A stretch of 64,000 bases of DNA from Macrostomum lignano (lineage: Eukaryota), in the NCBI GenBank assembly GCA_002269645.1, contig NIVC01000567.1:186001-250000 (forward strand). Reading direction: 5' to 3'. The notes under the pieces are model-generated. The model was not told where the DNA came from. It did no database searches and saw only the letters and a program-made list of their open reading frames with translations. This document shows, piece after piece, positions 1 to 39,486 of the stretch. The position numbers and the translations under genes are program-made. Numbering within the stretch: the first letter of the stretch is position 1; each line of letters opens with the position of its first letter.

Positions 1-290
1 ATATAGATACATTTAGATCTATAGAGACACATTTAGGTTCATATAGACACATTTAGGTCCATAGAGACACATTTAAGTCCATAGAGACACATTTAAGTCC
101 ATATAGACACATTTAAGTCCATATAGACTCATTTAAGTCCATATAAACACATTTAGGTCCATAGAGACACATTTAGGTCCATAGAGACACATTTAGGTCC
201 ATAGAGACACATTTAAGTCCATATAGACACATTTAAGTCCATATAGACACATTTAGGTCCATATGGACACATTTAGCACCATAGAGACAC
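1..290. repeat. 20-bp minisatellite (ACATTTAGGTCCATAGAGAC) in PLC intron
   Basis: Tandem copies run to ~45 bp from the donor at 333; truncated by the window edge. Confidence 0.9.
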
Positions 291-333
291 ATTCAGCAGT
301 CCAGAGACACACACAAAGCACCCGATCACTCAC

Positions 334-19402
<19,069 letters not shown>

Positions 19403-19769
19403 GATTAATGACTATTGATTGATCGGACCAAATAAGGCTGGCTGATTGTGAGCCAGATAATGTCCAAACGCACTCACTCACACACACACCGCAAGCAGCT
19501 GGGCAGTGCAGGATCGGTGTGTGCGTGGGGGGCGACGAGGTTCGTCTACCCTTGGGTAGCCCGTGATTGAAAATTGGTCTGCAAAAATTAAATATTCCAA
19601 ACTAAAATTGCATTGCAGAATAACTGCATCATAATTGTAATCGTAATCGATAGACCTTAGTTTAAGTAAACGTTTTAATAGCTTTTTAACTCTCCAAATG
19701 TTATATTACTAAACTAACAGATATGTGAATCGAAATTACAAAATCACATTCTACAAATCCGATCATTCA

Positions 19770-20640
19770 GCGGACGCATTCTATAGATCAGGTCATTCAG
19801 GACACATTCTGATCTAGTCATTCAGTGGACACATTCTACAAATCTGGTCATTCAGTGGACACATTCTATAGATCTAGTCATTCAGTGGACACATTCTATA
19901 GATCTAGTCATTCAGTGGACACATTCTATAGATCTAGTCATTCAGTGGACATATTCTATAGATCTAGTCATTCAGTGGACACATTCTATAGATCTAGTCA
20001 TTCAGTGGACACATTCTATAGTTCTAGTCATTCAGTGGACACATTCTACAAATCTGGTCATTCAGTGGACACATTCTATAGTTCTAGTCATTCAGTGGAT
20101 ACATTCTATAGTTCTAGTCATTCAGTGGATACATTCTACAAATCTGGTCATTCAGTGGACACATTCTATAGATCTAGTCATTCAGTGGACACATTCTACA
20201 TATATACTGATTTAGTAGACACATTCTACAAATCTGAACATTCAGTGGACACATTCTATAGATCTAGTCATTCAGTGGACACATTCTACATATATAGTGA
20301 TTCAGTAGACACATTCTACAAATCTGAACATTCAGTGGACACATTCTATAGATCTAGTCATTCAGTGGACACATTCTATAGATCTAGTCATTCAGTGGAC
20401 ACATTCTATAGATCTAGTCATTCAGTGGACACATTATAGAGAACCGGTCATTCAGTAGACACATTCTACAAATCTGAACATTCAGTGGACACATTCTATA
20501 GATCTAGTCATTCAGTAGACACATTATAGAGAACCGGTCATTTAGTGGACACATTCCACAAATCTGATCATACAGTGGACACATTCCACAAATCTGATCA
20601 TACAGTGGACACATTCTGTAGATCTAGTCATTTAGTGGAC
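19770..20640. repeat. 30-bp minisatellite (CAGTGGACACATTCTATAGATCTAGTCATT)
   Basis: Tandem array just upstream of the PLC start. Confidence 0.92.
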
Positions 20641-21654
20641 ACAGTCTACAGTTGGGGTCATTCGTAACACAATATAGCTGCTGGGGTGCAACAAATAAAT
20701 ATATTTTATAAAGAATAGCATTTCTGTTTCGAATCGTAAAAGGATAGCTATGAACAGACTGTATTAGATGCACCGTGTAAGCTGTACACCTTTCTTATAT
20801 TTAGCATTTGCATAGCTTACACCCAGAGCATGTGGCAGCTGGCTGCAATACATTACGCGGGGCCCGGCAGGCCCAATCCAGTTCAGTTTGGTTGGGTTTA
20901 AGCGGAGGTTTGAAAAAAAATCGCCGCTAAAGCGCAGCAGACGTACGCGCAGGCAGTGCACAACACAAAAATCTAAATCCTATTCTATCCTATCTGGGAG
21001 CATATAAACAGTCAGAATACTTTCTCATCTACTTTATCCCCACCCTCCCCCAGTTTTTTCTCTTTTCTACTAAACATCCCGTCGAGATTACTGCGCAACA
21101 GAAGAGGTGCAGAAAAATTAGTCAATTCCCTCCCCCTCCCCAGCGAAGGGGAAGAGAAAGGCTGGTACCGCGCATACAAGCACACACACTGACACGGGTG
21201 CAATAAAGCCAAGCCAGTGGTTGCCGGGCTGGTGTGGAAATCAGCCGAAGTATGTTCAGTCAGCCAGTCGGCCCCCACTATTCTGCACCCACCTAAAGCT
21301 AGGCTAGTGATTGATTTAAAAGTACAAATAGGCCAAGAAGCAGCGAGTTGGGAAGTGGCGCGCTTAAGCCAGAAAGCTTTCATTTAACCATGGCAGAGAT
21401 TAACTTGCCTACCGCAACATATAGAGAATTGCACTAGTAAACAAAGAAAAGCTTCACGTGCTGTGGGATTAGTTAGTTGGGTCTTTAACGGGGACAAACT
21501 GTTAGCTAGTAGTAACGCAATGTTTTGGCTCATAAGTACACTGAGAACTAAATAATAATTAAAAATTCCCGATCAAGATTCCATGGTTATGTTACGAAAG
21601 ACAATGATTGCTTAAAGTATAAATTTGAATCACACTATTTGCAAAGAACTCATC

Positions 21655-22545
21655 ACAGGGAAATCGCTCATATTGTTAATGACTCATAGGGAAATTGCTC
21701 ATGTTGTCAAGGACTCATAGGGGAATTTCTCATATTGTCAAGGACTCATAGAGGAACTGCTCATATTGTCAATGTCAAGGACTATGGGAATTGCACATAT
21801 TGTCAAGGACTCATAGAGGAACTGCTCATATTGTCAAGGACTCATAGGGGAATTGCTCATATTGTCAAGGACTCATAGGGGAATTGCTCATATTGTCAAG
21901 GACTCATAGGGGAATTGCTCATATTGTCAAGGACTCATAGGGGAATTGCTCATATTGTCAAGGACTCATATGGGGGAATTGCTCATATTGTCAAGGACTC
22001 ATATGGGGGAATTGCTCATATTGTCAAGGACTCATATGGGGGAATTGCTCATATTGTCAAGGACTCATATGGGGGAATTGCTCATATTGTCAAGGACTCA
22101 TATGGGGGAATTGCTCATATTGTCAAGGACTCATATGGGGGAATTGCTCATATTGTCAAGGACTCATAGAGGAACTGCTCATATTGTCAAGGACTCATAG
22201 AGGAACTGCTCATATTGTCAAGGACTCATAGAGGAACTGCTCATATTGTCAAGGACTCATAGGGGAATTGCTCATATTGTCAAGGACTCATAGAGGAACT
22301 GCTCATATTGTCAAGGACTCATAGAGGAACTGCTCATATTGTCAAAGACTCATATGGGAATTACTCATATTGTCAAGGACTCATAGAGGAACTGCTCATA
22401 TTGTCAAGGACTCATAGAGGAACTGCTCATATTGTCAAAGACTCATATGGGAATTACTCATATTGTCAAGGACTCAGGGGAATTGCTCAGATTGTGAATG
22501 ATTCATAGAGGGGATCTTCTCAGATTATTGATGACACATAGAGGG
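21655..22545. repeat. 28-30-bp minisatellite (GAATTGCTCATATTGTCAAGGACTCATAGG)
   Basis: Intergenic tandem array. Confidence 0.92.
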
Positions 22546-23497
22546 AGTTGCTAAGGTTGCCTAGACTTTTGGGAAATTGCTAAAATAATTGAAATCACTG
22601 AGCAGTACGAAAAATTACTATAAAATTTGAAAGGCAAACAAAGATATAAAACTAAATTATTAATTATACATCTGAACCAATGTTTAAAGCTTTTGATATA
22701 GAACTTTTGCATATCATATTTTATTTGAAAATGTCATTCCATATACTGTATATTTTAATATTATGTTATTATACTTAGTTTTAAGAGATCATATTACAAA
22801 ATTTTTGCAATAGTATTTCAAATATATTCTTCTTATAAGCATGCATTTGTACATTAATAATTTTATATAATAGGAATCATATTGAATTTGCCTTGTCTTT
22901 ATAATTGCATATTAAAAATACAAAAAACTCTGTAAACAAAAGGCTATATCATAAATGTGCTACTGTTGCCAACTAAACTGGCTAGTATAAATTGTGGCAA
23001 ACCATGACTAAGTTTTAAATTTTATATATTTTTAGATGTTTAGCATTTTGACAAAAGTTAATGCTTTTTTACTTTTGTATAAGAGACAACCTAAATCATA
23101 TTTCAGTCAAAACTAAGTTATAACTTGATTTAATTTAGGGATTATCTATATACAACACTGAGATGTCATATAGATAGATAAATATATTTTAATTTTTCAT
23201 AAAATTTTTAATAAATTTTAGTGTATAATATGTTAATCGGCAATTACAAGTTTATTATAGGACTAAAAAAAGGATAAACATTGAATAAAATAAACTTAAA
23301 AATAGATAAAAACTTACAGGCTACAGCTTTTATATACATTTATAATTTAAAACTTATTGATTCATTCTAAATCACATTCAATATTTTCAAATTAGAATCA
23401 CTTTAAACTTTCTAGAAAATGCAAATTTGAATTTTGAATACTTTTATTTGCTTTTTATTATTGATTAGGGCATATTGGAATTCTAAATTTTGAATAT

Positions 23498-24250
23498 TAT
23501 AGCTTTTTGCAGCCCATTTGGGCTTACGCGCATCGAATTTAATCCAAGATACATTTGCCAATGTAACAGAGCTTTTGTCTATGGTAGCAAGGCTGGCACA
23601 GCGGCATTTAATTTGGTCCAACAAGCATCAATTTGGTCCATTTAGTTCATTTGCAGCTCAGTCCCTAAATTGTGTAGACCATATGCTAGGCTGTTGAACA
23701 AATGTCATTGGCTTGTGATCGAAGCACTCGGTGGAGGTGAACACCCAAAGGACATTGCAAGGTTGCTGAATGTAAAAGAAAATGTGGTTTACAGCATCCA
23801 GCAGCGCCTTGAAACTCTGCCGGCAGAGATTGCCTGCGAAAGGGTGGCAATCGCCAAGGAAAGTTGCTCGAGAGCCTCAGGTCCAACTGCTACTTGATGC
23901 AGTGGAGACGAACCCTTTGTTGACGTTTCAGAAAATGCAGCAGAAGTTGAAGGAACAGCTCCAGTTGGTTATCAGATTTCGAATATCAGCAGAGCTCTGG
24001 AAAAGCAACTGAAAATTGCTGGTAGAGACGCTGACATTCCAGCGGTGCACAACAACCTGCAGACGGTTGAGAGAAGGCAAGAGTTTGTCCAATGGCTCAC
24101 GAGTGTTTGGACCAAATGGATGCTTGTTGGACTAAATTAAATGCCGCTGCACCAGCCTTGCTACCATAGACAAAAGCTCTGTTACATTGGCAAACGTATC
24201 TTGGATTAAATTAAATGTGCATAAGCCCAAATGGGCTGCAAAATGCTATA
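23498..24250 (+). mobile_element. Internally deleted Tc1/IS630-superfamily element with ~143-bp TIRs
   Basis: TIRs 23498-23640 and 24108-24250 (TATAGC(T/A)TTTTGCAGCCCATTTGGGCTTA...), TA-flanked. Between them are frameshifted HTH-like peptides (LVIEALGGGEHPKDIARLLNVKENVVYSIQQRLE; LLDAVETNPLLTFQKMQQKLKE) and HNNLQTVERRQEFVQW. No DDE core. Confidence 0.78.
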
Positions 24251-24472
24251 TATATAAAATCAAATTGCATATTTTATATATTATATATAGATTTATATTT
24301 AAAGTATACTATTATATGCTAATATTTTAATGAGCTTCTATTACAATATATACTACTATTTACTTCCACTAGACTTTTGCTATCTATCATGTACATAAAT
24401 TTGTATATAATTTTATTTATATTGATATTTTTGGACTAAATAAGACTATTACAATACTAGGCAGTCTTTTAA

Positions 24473-24572
24473 CCCTCAAACGAAAATTTGGGGTCCAATG
24501 GACCCCACGATAACTTTTCCCATGTGTTTTCAATGGAGGTTTTTCTATTATCGTGGCCTAACCGTTTGAGGG
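24473..24572. mobile_element. 100-bp piggyBac-type MITE/deletion derivative
   Basis: TTAA|CCCTCAAACG ... CGTTTGAGGG|TTAA (TTAA at 24469-24472 and 24573-24576); internal palindrome TGGGGTCCAATGGACCCCA. Confidence 0.72.
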
Positions 24573-27500
24573 TTAAAGCAAAATAAGGTTCATTTATAAA
24601 TAATTTATTTATAAATTCAAGGTTATTTTAAAACCTTATTTATAAATTATACAGTGATACAAATAGTCTTGATTTCAATCTATCCAATATATAGAGCTTC
24701 ATTGTTTTTTACTTACATCAAAGGTTTTTTCTATAGACTAGGGCCTATAGCTTTTAGTCTAGACTATAATCGGGAAGATAGCAAAGCTTGCACTTAAAAA
24801 TACTATAAAAACTGTCAGCACTGTGTGCCAAAAAACCTAGGCAGTTTTATGCTACTTAGTACCCACACTCCGGATCATGTAGTATACACCCAAAAATTTG
24901 GGCGTGCATTGATCTTGCATGCCATAAGTAGCATATATGCACAACAGTTGGCTGAGTTGGCCAATCTGGCCAACCAATTTGGCGGCCAAGCAAGGTAAGT
25001 CACAAAAATGCCCACCCAAATAAATACTAAAGTAGTACTAAGTAGATAACAAGACATTTTGCCTTAATAAGACAGTCATAGTTACTCTTGACATTTAGCC
25101 GATTGCATCATTTTGCTTTATGGTTTCCTTTACATGTAAATTGCATTATTTTTTGTTAAAACTAAGTTACACAGCTGACCAAATTTTGGAAGTTGTGCAT
25201 GTATAAAAAGTAGGCATGTATAGTTGGCATGCATCACTCCAAAGAAAATAGTGTATATACACACCTGGCATGCACTTTATAAAATCATGCAGAAAAGTTA
25301 TTTTGAAGTAGAAGAGTTTATTTTAAGTGTAAATTTCAAGCTTTCTGGGTTTTTTAGACTTATAATATAGCATTTTAACAAATCCTTGCATGCATCAATT
25401 TTCACAGTAAATATTATTGCCAAAAGAAGCAGAAAAATCAACCAAATTATCCACCAAAAAGGTTTCATTAGGCAATTTAAAAAAGGTCATTTATTGTTAG
25501 AATATAAAAAAGGTCATTTATTGTCGCAATCGCAACATTGGCATAGTTTTGAAAATGGGCATGTACTCAATTTTTTTGGCCTGCATTTTGTAATTATTAG
25601 ATTTTTGTTCGGGCATGCACCTAGCATGATCTAGACTATGGCTTAGCACAGGGTAGTTATAAATATAAACATAGTGGAAAGGCAAGGATCACCTATTTTG
25701 CTACAGTTTGATGCTACCTAATAATTTGACCAATAAATTTTGCATTTAAAAATAAACTATGTAGTTTCAAATGAAAATTGAAAAAAATAAAATTAACAAT
25801 TGTTAAAATATATCTAAAACTTATAGTTAAATAGGATATAGTAGGCAATAAAATTAACAAAGATTCGCACAATTTTCTTACTTGGTACTATACAGGATTT
25901 TCTTTTATTTCTCATTATAGTTATAGCAATGCCATATTTCATTATCAGATCTACACTAAATAATATAATACTAGACCACTTTTTGTGCTACTGCTATGTA
26001 CATTGTATTAGGATTCAAGAAGCTAATGCTAGACCACTTTCTGCATTGAAATTTTCTATAAAATGACCATTTTCCTGACCATGGTTATGGTCATGGAGTC
26101 TAGAATAAAGGCCAGAGATAAGATAAGATCAATGATAAAGCATATTTGGCTTTGAAAAATGTTATATTTAATACTTAATTTACAAACCATTAAAAGGTTG
26201 ATTCAATTGCTATCAATTGATACCATTTTTATATATCAGCACAGGCTGCAACAGGCGCACACATTGTATGTATAGCATCTATTAAAAAAACTCATAATGA
26301 TAAAATAAAAAACTGTAACACTTGCTGCTGTTACTGAATACTGCGACTGTGACAGTACTACAAAAGTTGCAGTTATTATAGCTACTAGCTAGACCTATTG
26401 CCATATTGGCTATTTTATAGCAAAGTTAAAAAGCCTAAATTAAATAGAATAGACATATAGTTTATTTATATATTATATTATAAAGTGGATTCAGCCATTC
26501 GGGATGATACAAGTTTATATATTAGGGGCCGATTTTTCAAAAGTTAGTCAAGTCATTAGGCCTTTTCATATTGCTTGTTCTGGTTCCAGAACCAGAACCA
26601 ATTTGTGAAGTATAACCTTTTGTCTCCATAACTAGAGGGAGATACGTGCTATAAAGTTTTTATTCTTGAATGACAATTGACAAGAAGAAAGTGAAAAATT
26701 GTGCTAAGTGAGGTTGTTAAGGCAGTCAAACATTCAACAGAATTAAATAGCTATACTGCTGTTTTTCTTGGAAGATCCGATCCGATTCTGATTCTGGAAT
26801 TGGTAATAGGAAAAAGCCCCGGGCACGGGCAGGGGAGCCGAATTCAAAATAGAAATACAAGGCGTCTTTAAAATTGGCGCCATTTTAATAAGCGAGTTGC
26901 GTAGGTCTAAAAAATTCCGGAAAATGTTTACTTTCAGAAATCAAAAAAATACAATTAGCAAAATATAATATTTGTGTTTTTTCACCATGTATTACAGCAT
27001 ATGTAACACATAAATGCAGCATTTTTTCATGATCAATTTATATTATTATTATATGAAAAAATTGTAAATTTAGCGGCAAGATAATCTCATCTTGATTTTT
27101 AACGGGAATTGACAGTCGTCATAAAGATGCCGAAGCAATTACCAACACTTCTGAATATAGTTAGAATGCTGTCCAATGATTTAAGGGAGAGCTTGCCTAA
27201 CATATAATGGTGAAGCTCCGCGTTTTTTTCCTAAAATTGGTGATAAGCCCAATGCATCTAATACATGTATATAGTATAAAGTATATAAATGACTGATTCA
27301 TACTTGCTTGCATAATAAATCGTTTCATTGAAGGATTACTTAAGTTTACATTTTGTAGCAATATCTTATCGCAATGTCGCAGTATACTATTTTTCTATAG
27401 TGTTCTTACTTCTCGATTGTACAATTGCAGCGCAATGCACAAGTCGATCCTCCAATATGTACTGTAATAGCCGAGGTATTTTACTAAATGCACCTACATA

Positions 27501-30082
27501 TGTCCTCGAAATGATACGGATCAGTTTTAGGAACAGAAAAACAGAATTTTTGTCTCATTGTACAAGAGTGTCGAGACATCTGTACTCGATACCTTCTATG
27601 TCAAGGTTAAATAAAAAAACATAAGACCGGTGCTAGTCACCACAATGAGAATACAGGGGCGTATATAGCCATCCCCTGCCCCAATCGGCTGGCAAAGCAT
27701 GTGGTGCCTGCCCCCTTGCCAGCAGGCCCGGAGCCCCTTGGCCTCCAATCATGACGTACCCTGGCTAAGGCCCTGTCAAAATGTGCACATCTAATTACCT
27801 AATGCAAGCACAAATGCAATAAATAAAAGCACAATTAAGCAACTTGATAAAAAACAGCAAAACCAAATTTGCTAGAAAAAAAGTGTGATGCTTAAGCGTC
27901 AAACATATTAAAGTCATTCTAGTTTTATTTAAATTAATATCCAAATATATGTAAAGGGGCGTAAAAACATTTACTGTATACCAGGCTTATGCATACAATT
28001 TAAGGGGCCCGAGACAAAGAGAGCAGATCCTTACGTGCGTGCATACTAAAAATTAGAACTAGAAATAAAATAATTCTCCTTTGTGAGGCATACTACTCAT
28101 TTACACTACTTGTATGCCCAATTCGCAAACTTATAGAGGCATACTCATAAAAAATTAGCGTCAAAAAAGCAAAATAAGATAAGGACACATAGAGACAGAG
28201 CAAAGTCTTGGAAAGATTCGTGCAAATGTTCATTTACATATATTATATTAGTATTACTATAGGATTTTTCAACACTAGCAAAAGGCATCTTTCAATTATC
28301 GCGTCGCGAGCGCCGATTTCCTGGAAAAATCGTTTTGGAAAAAACGAGCGCACGCACGCTGGCAGCACAGAAAGTGAAAGAAAAATTACTGAAATTTAAT
28401 AAGCAATAGAAAACAACGCGGGAATCGAAGAAAACAAGAAAACAAAAAAATGATATTCTACCGGTAAATACAGACAAGCAGTGAAGGAAGGAGCTCTAAG
28501 TAGTAAGTAAGTAGTATATATTTAGAGATACATACGATAAAATTGAAAAGACAAAAGATACAGAGATTAAAACAAAAAACGATTTTCTGGAGTTGTTTGC
28601 AACGCAAGTTTGAAAATCTATTATAACGACAGTTAGTTTAGGTCTTGTGATTTCTCAAGCGACTTGCACAGCTTTAGATTTCCAACAAGGTTTGATCAAA
28701 GCCAATTGTATTTTTATCACAAAGCTTCGCGGTCATAAACTACTAATTAAGCAAATGAATTCACAGTTAATTATAAACAAGCTCAATTAGTGATAGGATG
28801 CCACAAACAAAAAGCAATTACGATAATTACGACACTTGGATAATTAAATAATAGATCAGTTTTATTATGTCGACTGTGAGATAGCTTTTAATTTAAATAG
28901 CAAATGAAATAGCCAAAATACAAGTAAGGGACTGAAAAAACACTGAAACTACTTTTAGTAGTGCATCTGATCGAATTCCATGTTGGCTCCTACATTGAAA
29001 TTGCCTTCAAGCATAAGCATTAGCAGTATATTTATAAAAGTGCATCGACATACTTTATTGCAATTTACGTACTTATTTATCTTAGTTTTTTTAGCCAATA
29101 TAGGCCAATAAAAATATTTTATTAACACAAAAATAATGATTCACATATTTATCTTGGCAGTAGTATTGGCACTGGTGTACAGTAACTGGCCTTTTGACTT
29201 TTTTAGTCTTATGCATAAATTATTTAGGACTTTGAAAATAATTTGTGACTTAAATTTAAAGTAAGAAAAGAGTAGACAGTTGCAATTTAGTAGCATATTA
29301 AGGACATTAAGCGTCCACAGTTGTGTACACGTGACATTGAAAATTAGATTTATACAGAAGCTAAATTATTTAGGCTTGGCAGGCAGTGAGTGAGTACGGC
29401 AAAAAATCTAACTGAAAGATCAACTTCCTGGATACCGTGAAGAAACTTATTATCTAACCGACGTCCGTCCGTATGAGTGAACTAAAAAATAAACAAAAAT
29501 AACAGTTTGAAGCAAAATACGCTACTCGCTACTAATAATTTCACTTTATCTAATGAGTAGTAAAGAAAGCAAATTTATATAACCTTAAAAAAGAATAGAT
29601 ACCTCAATTAGACGCACGCGGGTTTGAAAGAGGAAAATCATTTATATGTCTAAGGCCATTCGTTTTGATGCAGAGAGATTGGGGGGGGAAACACGCAAGC
29701 AGTTTATATGAGGAAAGCAAAATGAATTTTAGAAAAATTGAAAAGCAACTTGCAGACGGTTTACGGTACGTTTTGAAAGTGTGTTGCCTGTGCAAGTATT
29801 GTAACTAATTTATAACTGGCATGGCAGATAAACAAAATTCAAGTCATTTTTTAATAGTCTGACATCACTGCTTACAGTGTGAGAATGAAAATTATTAAGA
29901 AAAAATATACAAAATAGTTTTTTCACACTCGACAAGGAAGGGAAAAGACACTAGCTTAGCTTTATGCATTTCATTCCAATAGACACATTAAAACAAAATA
30001 GATTTCCAGTGCCACTTTTTCTAGCTCATCACTGTATGGATTAATTATTTTTTTTCAGCTGTCGAAATAATGTATTCGATGT

Positions 30083-31030
30083 GTGGTATTTGACGGTAAG
30101 GGGTTTTGTCTAGAGTGTGTGGTATTTGAGGCTATGGGGTTTCGTCTAGAGTGTGTGGTATTTGAGGCTATGGGGTTTCGTCTAGAGTGTGTGGTATTTG
30201 AGGCTATGGGGTTTCGTCTAGAGTGTGTGGTATTTGAGACTATGGGGTTTTGTCTAGAGTGTGTGGTATTTGAGGCTATGGGGTTTTGTCTAGAGTGTGT
30301 GGTATTTGAGGCTATGGGGTTTTGTCTAGAGTGTGTGGTATTTGAGGCTATGGGGTTTTGTCTAGAGTGTGTGGTATTTGAGGCTATGGGGTTTTGTCTA
30401 GAGTGTGTGGTATTTGAGACTATGGGGTTTTGTCTAGAGTGTGTGGTATTTGAGGCTATGGGGTTTTGTCTAGAGTGTGTGGTATTTGAGGCTATGGGGT
30501 TTTGTCTAGAGTGTGTGGTATTTGAGGCTATGGGGTTTTGTCTAGAGTGTGTGGTATTTGAGGGTATGGGGTTTTGTCTAGAGTGTGTGGTATTTGAGGC
30601 TATGGGGTTTTGTCTAGAGTGTGTGGTATTTGAGGCTATAGGGTTTTGTCTAGAGTGTGTGGTATTTGAGGCTATGGGGTTTTGTCTAGAGTGTGTGGTA
30701 TTTGAGGCTATGGGGTTTTGTCTAGAGTGTGTGGTATTTGAGGCTATAGGGTTTTGTCTAGAGTGTGTGGTATTTGAGGCTATAGGGTTTTGTCTAGAGT
30801 GTGTGGTATTTGAGGGTATGGGGTTTTGTCTAGAGTGTGTGGTATTTGAGGGTATGGGGTTTTGTCTAGAGTGTGTGGTATTTGAGGGTATGGAGTTTTG
30901 TCTAGAGTGTGTGGTATTTGAAGGTATGGGGTTTTGTCTAGAGTGTGTGGTATTTGAGGGTATGGGGTTTTGTCTAGAGTGTGTGGTATTTGAGGGTATG
31001 GAGTTTTGTCTAGAGTGTGTGGTATTTGAG
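30083..31030. repeat. 36-bp minisatellite (GTGGTATTTGAGGCTATGGGGTTTTGTCTAGAGTGT)
   Basis: About 26 near-identical copies downstream of the kinesin stop codon. Confidence 0.93.
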
Positions 31031-31213
31031 GGTTATTCATTCGACTTTTAGTTAATCAGGACAATTCAGGCATAAACTGTTAAATCAAAGAAAAGGTGGC
31101 AAAGTTAAGCGCATAGACACAAGCAGACAAAACTAGTTGATGATGCTACTATTAGTAGCATAAAATTCGTCACCAATATGCTACAGTAGTACAGAATTAG
31201 GCCCAGTTGTTAT

Positions 31214-37337
<6,124 letters not shown>

Positions 37338-37779
37338 TATTAAAATAGACTGGGAATTTTCTATATAAATGTTCTGTTGGATTGCCGATTGTACAAATTC
37401 TGGATCGCTTCTTTTGTTTGAGATCGACTCCAGACATGCATTGAGTTAAACAATTGTTTAATGTTAAAGAGGTTTTTAAGTTAAGGAATTTCTGATCTTT
37501 TGACCAGATCTTTTTCTGATCCTTTGATGACGATTTTTATAGAGAGGAAACTCAAAGGCTGATTCTTAGAGTAATTTTGTTGGAAATGCGCAAGTTAATT
37601 GATATTGAAAAGCGTGAGGTGATTCTTAAAAATTGAACTGTGTCGCGGAATACTGAGGGTAATTCATGGAAAATGGGGTGAATCTTGAAAGCACATAGAT
37701 TCTTGACAAATGAGATGTCTCTTATAAGGTAAAGTGATTCTTGGAAAAAGAGGATGGCACTCTTGGAAAGTAAGGTGAT

Positions 37780-38400
37780 TCTTAGAAAAGCGTGAGGCGA
37801 TTTTTAGAAAAGCGTGGTGTTTTTTACAAAAACGTGATGTGTTTCGTAGAAAATAGTGAGGCGATTCTTAGAAAAACCTGGTTTATTGGAAAAGCGTGGA
37901 GTGATTCTTAGAAAATTATGGTGTTTCTTAAAAAAGTGTAAGTTGATTCTTAGATAAGCGTGAGGTGTTTCTTAGAAAAGCGTGGTATTTCTTAGAAAGC
38001 GTGGTGTTTCTTAGAAAAGCGCGGTGATTCTTATAAAAGCGTAAGTTGATTCTTAGAAAAGCGTGAGGTGTTTCTTAGAAAAGCGTGAGGTGTTTCTTAG
38101 AAAAGCGTGAGGTGTTTCTTAGAAAAGCGTGGTGTTTCTTAGAAAAGCGTAGTGATTCTTATAAAAGCGTAAGTTGATTCTTAGAAAAGCGTGAGGTGTT
38201 TCTTAGAAAAGCGTGAGGTGTTTCTTAGAAAAGCGTGGGGTGTTTCTTAGAAAATCGTGGTGTTTCTTAGAAAAGCGTGGTGATTCTTATAAAAGCGTAA
38301 GTTGATTCTTAGAAAAGTCTGAGGTTTTTCTTAGAAAAGTGTGAGGTGATTTTTAAGAAAGCGTGAGGTGAATTTTAGAAGTGTTAGGTATTTCTTTAAA
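37780..38400. repeat. ~20-23-bp degenerate minisatellite (GTGTTTCTTAGAAAAGCGTGAG) upstream of kinesin
   Basis: Tandem units. Confidence 0.85.
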
Positions 38401-39486
38401 AAGCATGACTACTCTAACAGAAACGTAGACCCGACTACATCAACTGCTAGTCAGTGATGATTCAAGAATTTCTGATACCTTAACTCCAATGAACAATAAA
38501 CAGCACAAAAACTAAACTCCTTAATTTATCCAAAAACAGTAAAAGCAAATTAGGCGTTGTATAATTTTGTTCAAAAATTGGTAAATCTTTTGTTAATTAA
38601 TTTATCTCAGAAAAATACACACAGTACATGATGAGTAGAATGAGACCTGTTAGAAAAACACAACAACTGCAATTGTCAGAACAAAACAAGGCAACTTGAC
38701 AAAAAACAATATTTATATAACTACAAAAGAAGTTCAACTCATATCACATACTACTAACGGAAAGGTTGTAAGGATATAAAAAATCTAATTGACTAAAAAT
38801 GACAAAACAATACAAGAAAAAAAGTTATGAAAATGATTTTTGAAGCCTGTCAAAACTAACAAAAACTCAGATAAAAAGCAAACTGTATAACAAAAATGGA
38901 TATGTTAAAAACCGTTATAGTCCAGCTATATGCTTTGCAGCAAAATCACAGCAAATAGCACAAAATATCAGTTAAAGAACATATAGTCGCGCAAGAGAAT
39001 ATCCATAAAACGCCTGACATACTACTGTCGTAAGTTTGAGCAACATAACAATACAATGCAATACGAAAGATTCATCAGATTTCTAATAATTTCGGCAACA
39101 ATCAGTCAAATAGTTTCATTGTAAAACAAGTTTTAGTGTTTGAATAATTAATAAAAGGAATACTGCAACAACGGTTAGGAATAGAAAAAAAAACAAAATA
39201 CACTTACAAGAGAAATTCATCACAGCGTGGCAGGAAAAATACTAAAAATGTATGTTTGGCAGAGCAGTATAGAATCTAACAGTTGAAAAGTTTTTAAAGT
39301 TTGTAATGGCTAGAAAACCATACTCGATCTCTTTAAAAGTATTGAACTTTACACCTTTGAAGAATATTTATCTTCTTTGGAACTTTCCTCAACACACTTC
39401 AGTATTGGTTCCTCACCCACTTCCCCGGAAATCACTTCATTCTCTTGTTTTAGTTGCTTCATCATTACTTCTTCCTCTCTTGACTT

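Noticed and set aside
19825-20439. (VDTFYRSSHS)n ORF
   Set aside because: 30-bp satellite with no unique flanking coding sequence or splice support.
27654-27775. Possible hAT/Harbinger-type MITE (CAGGGGCGTA...GGCTAAGGCCCTG)
   Set aside because: TIR match is poor and no target-site duplication is evident.
30083-31051. 322-aa (VVFEAMGFCLEC)n ORF
   Set aside because: Pure 36-bp satellite, GTG start, no unique domain, opposite strand just past the kinesin 3' end.
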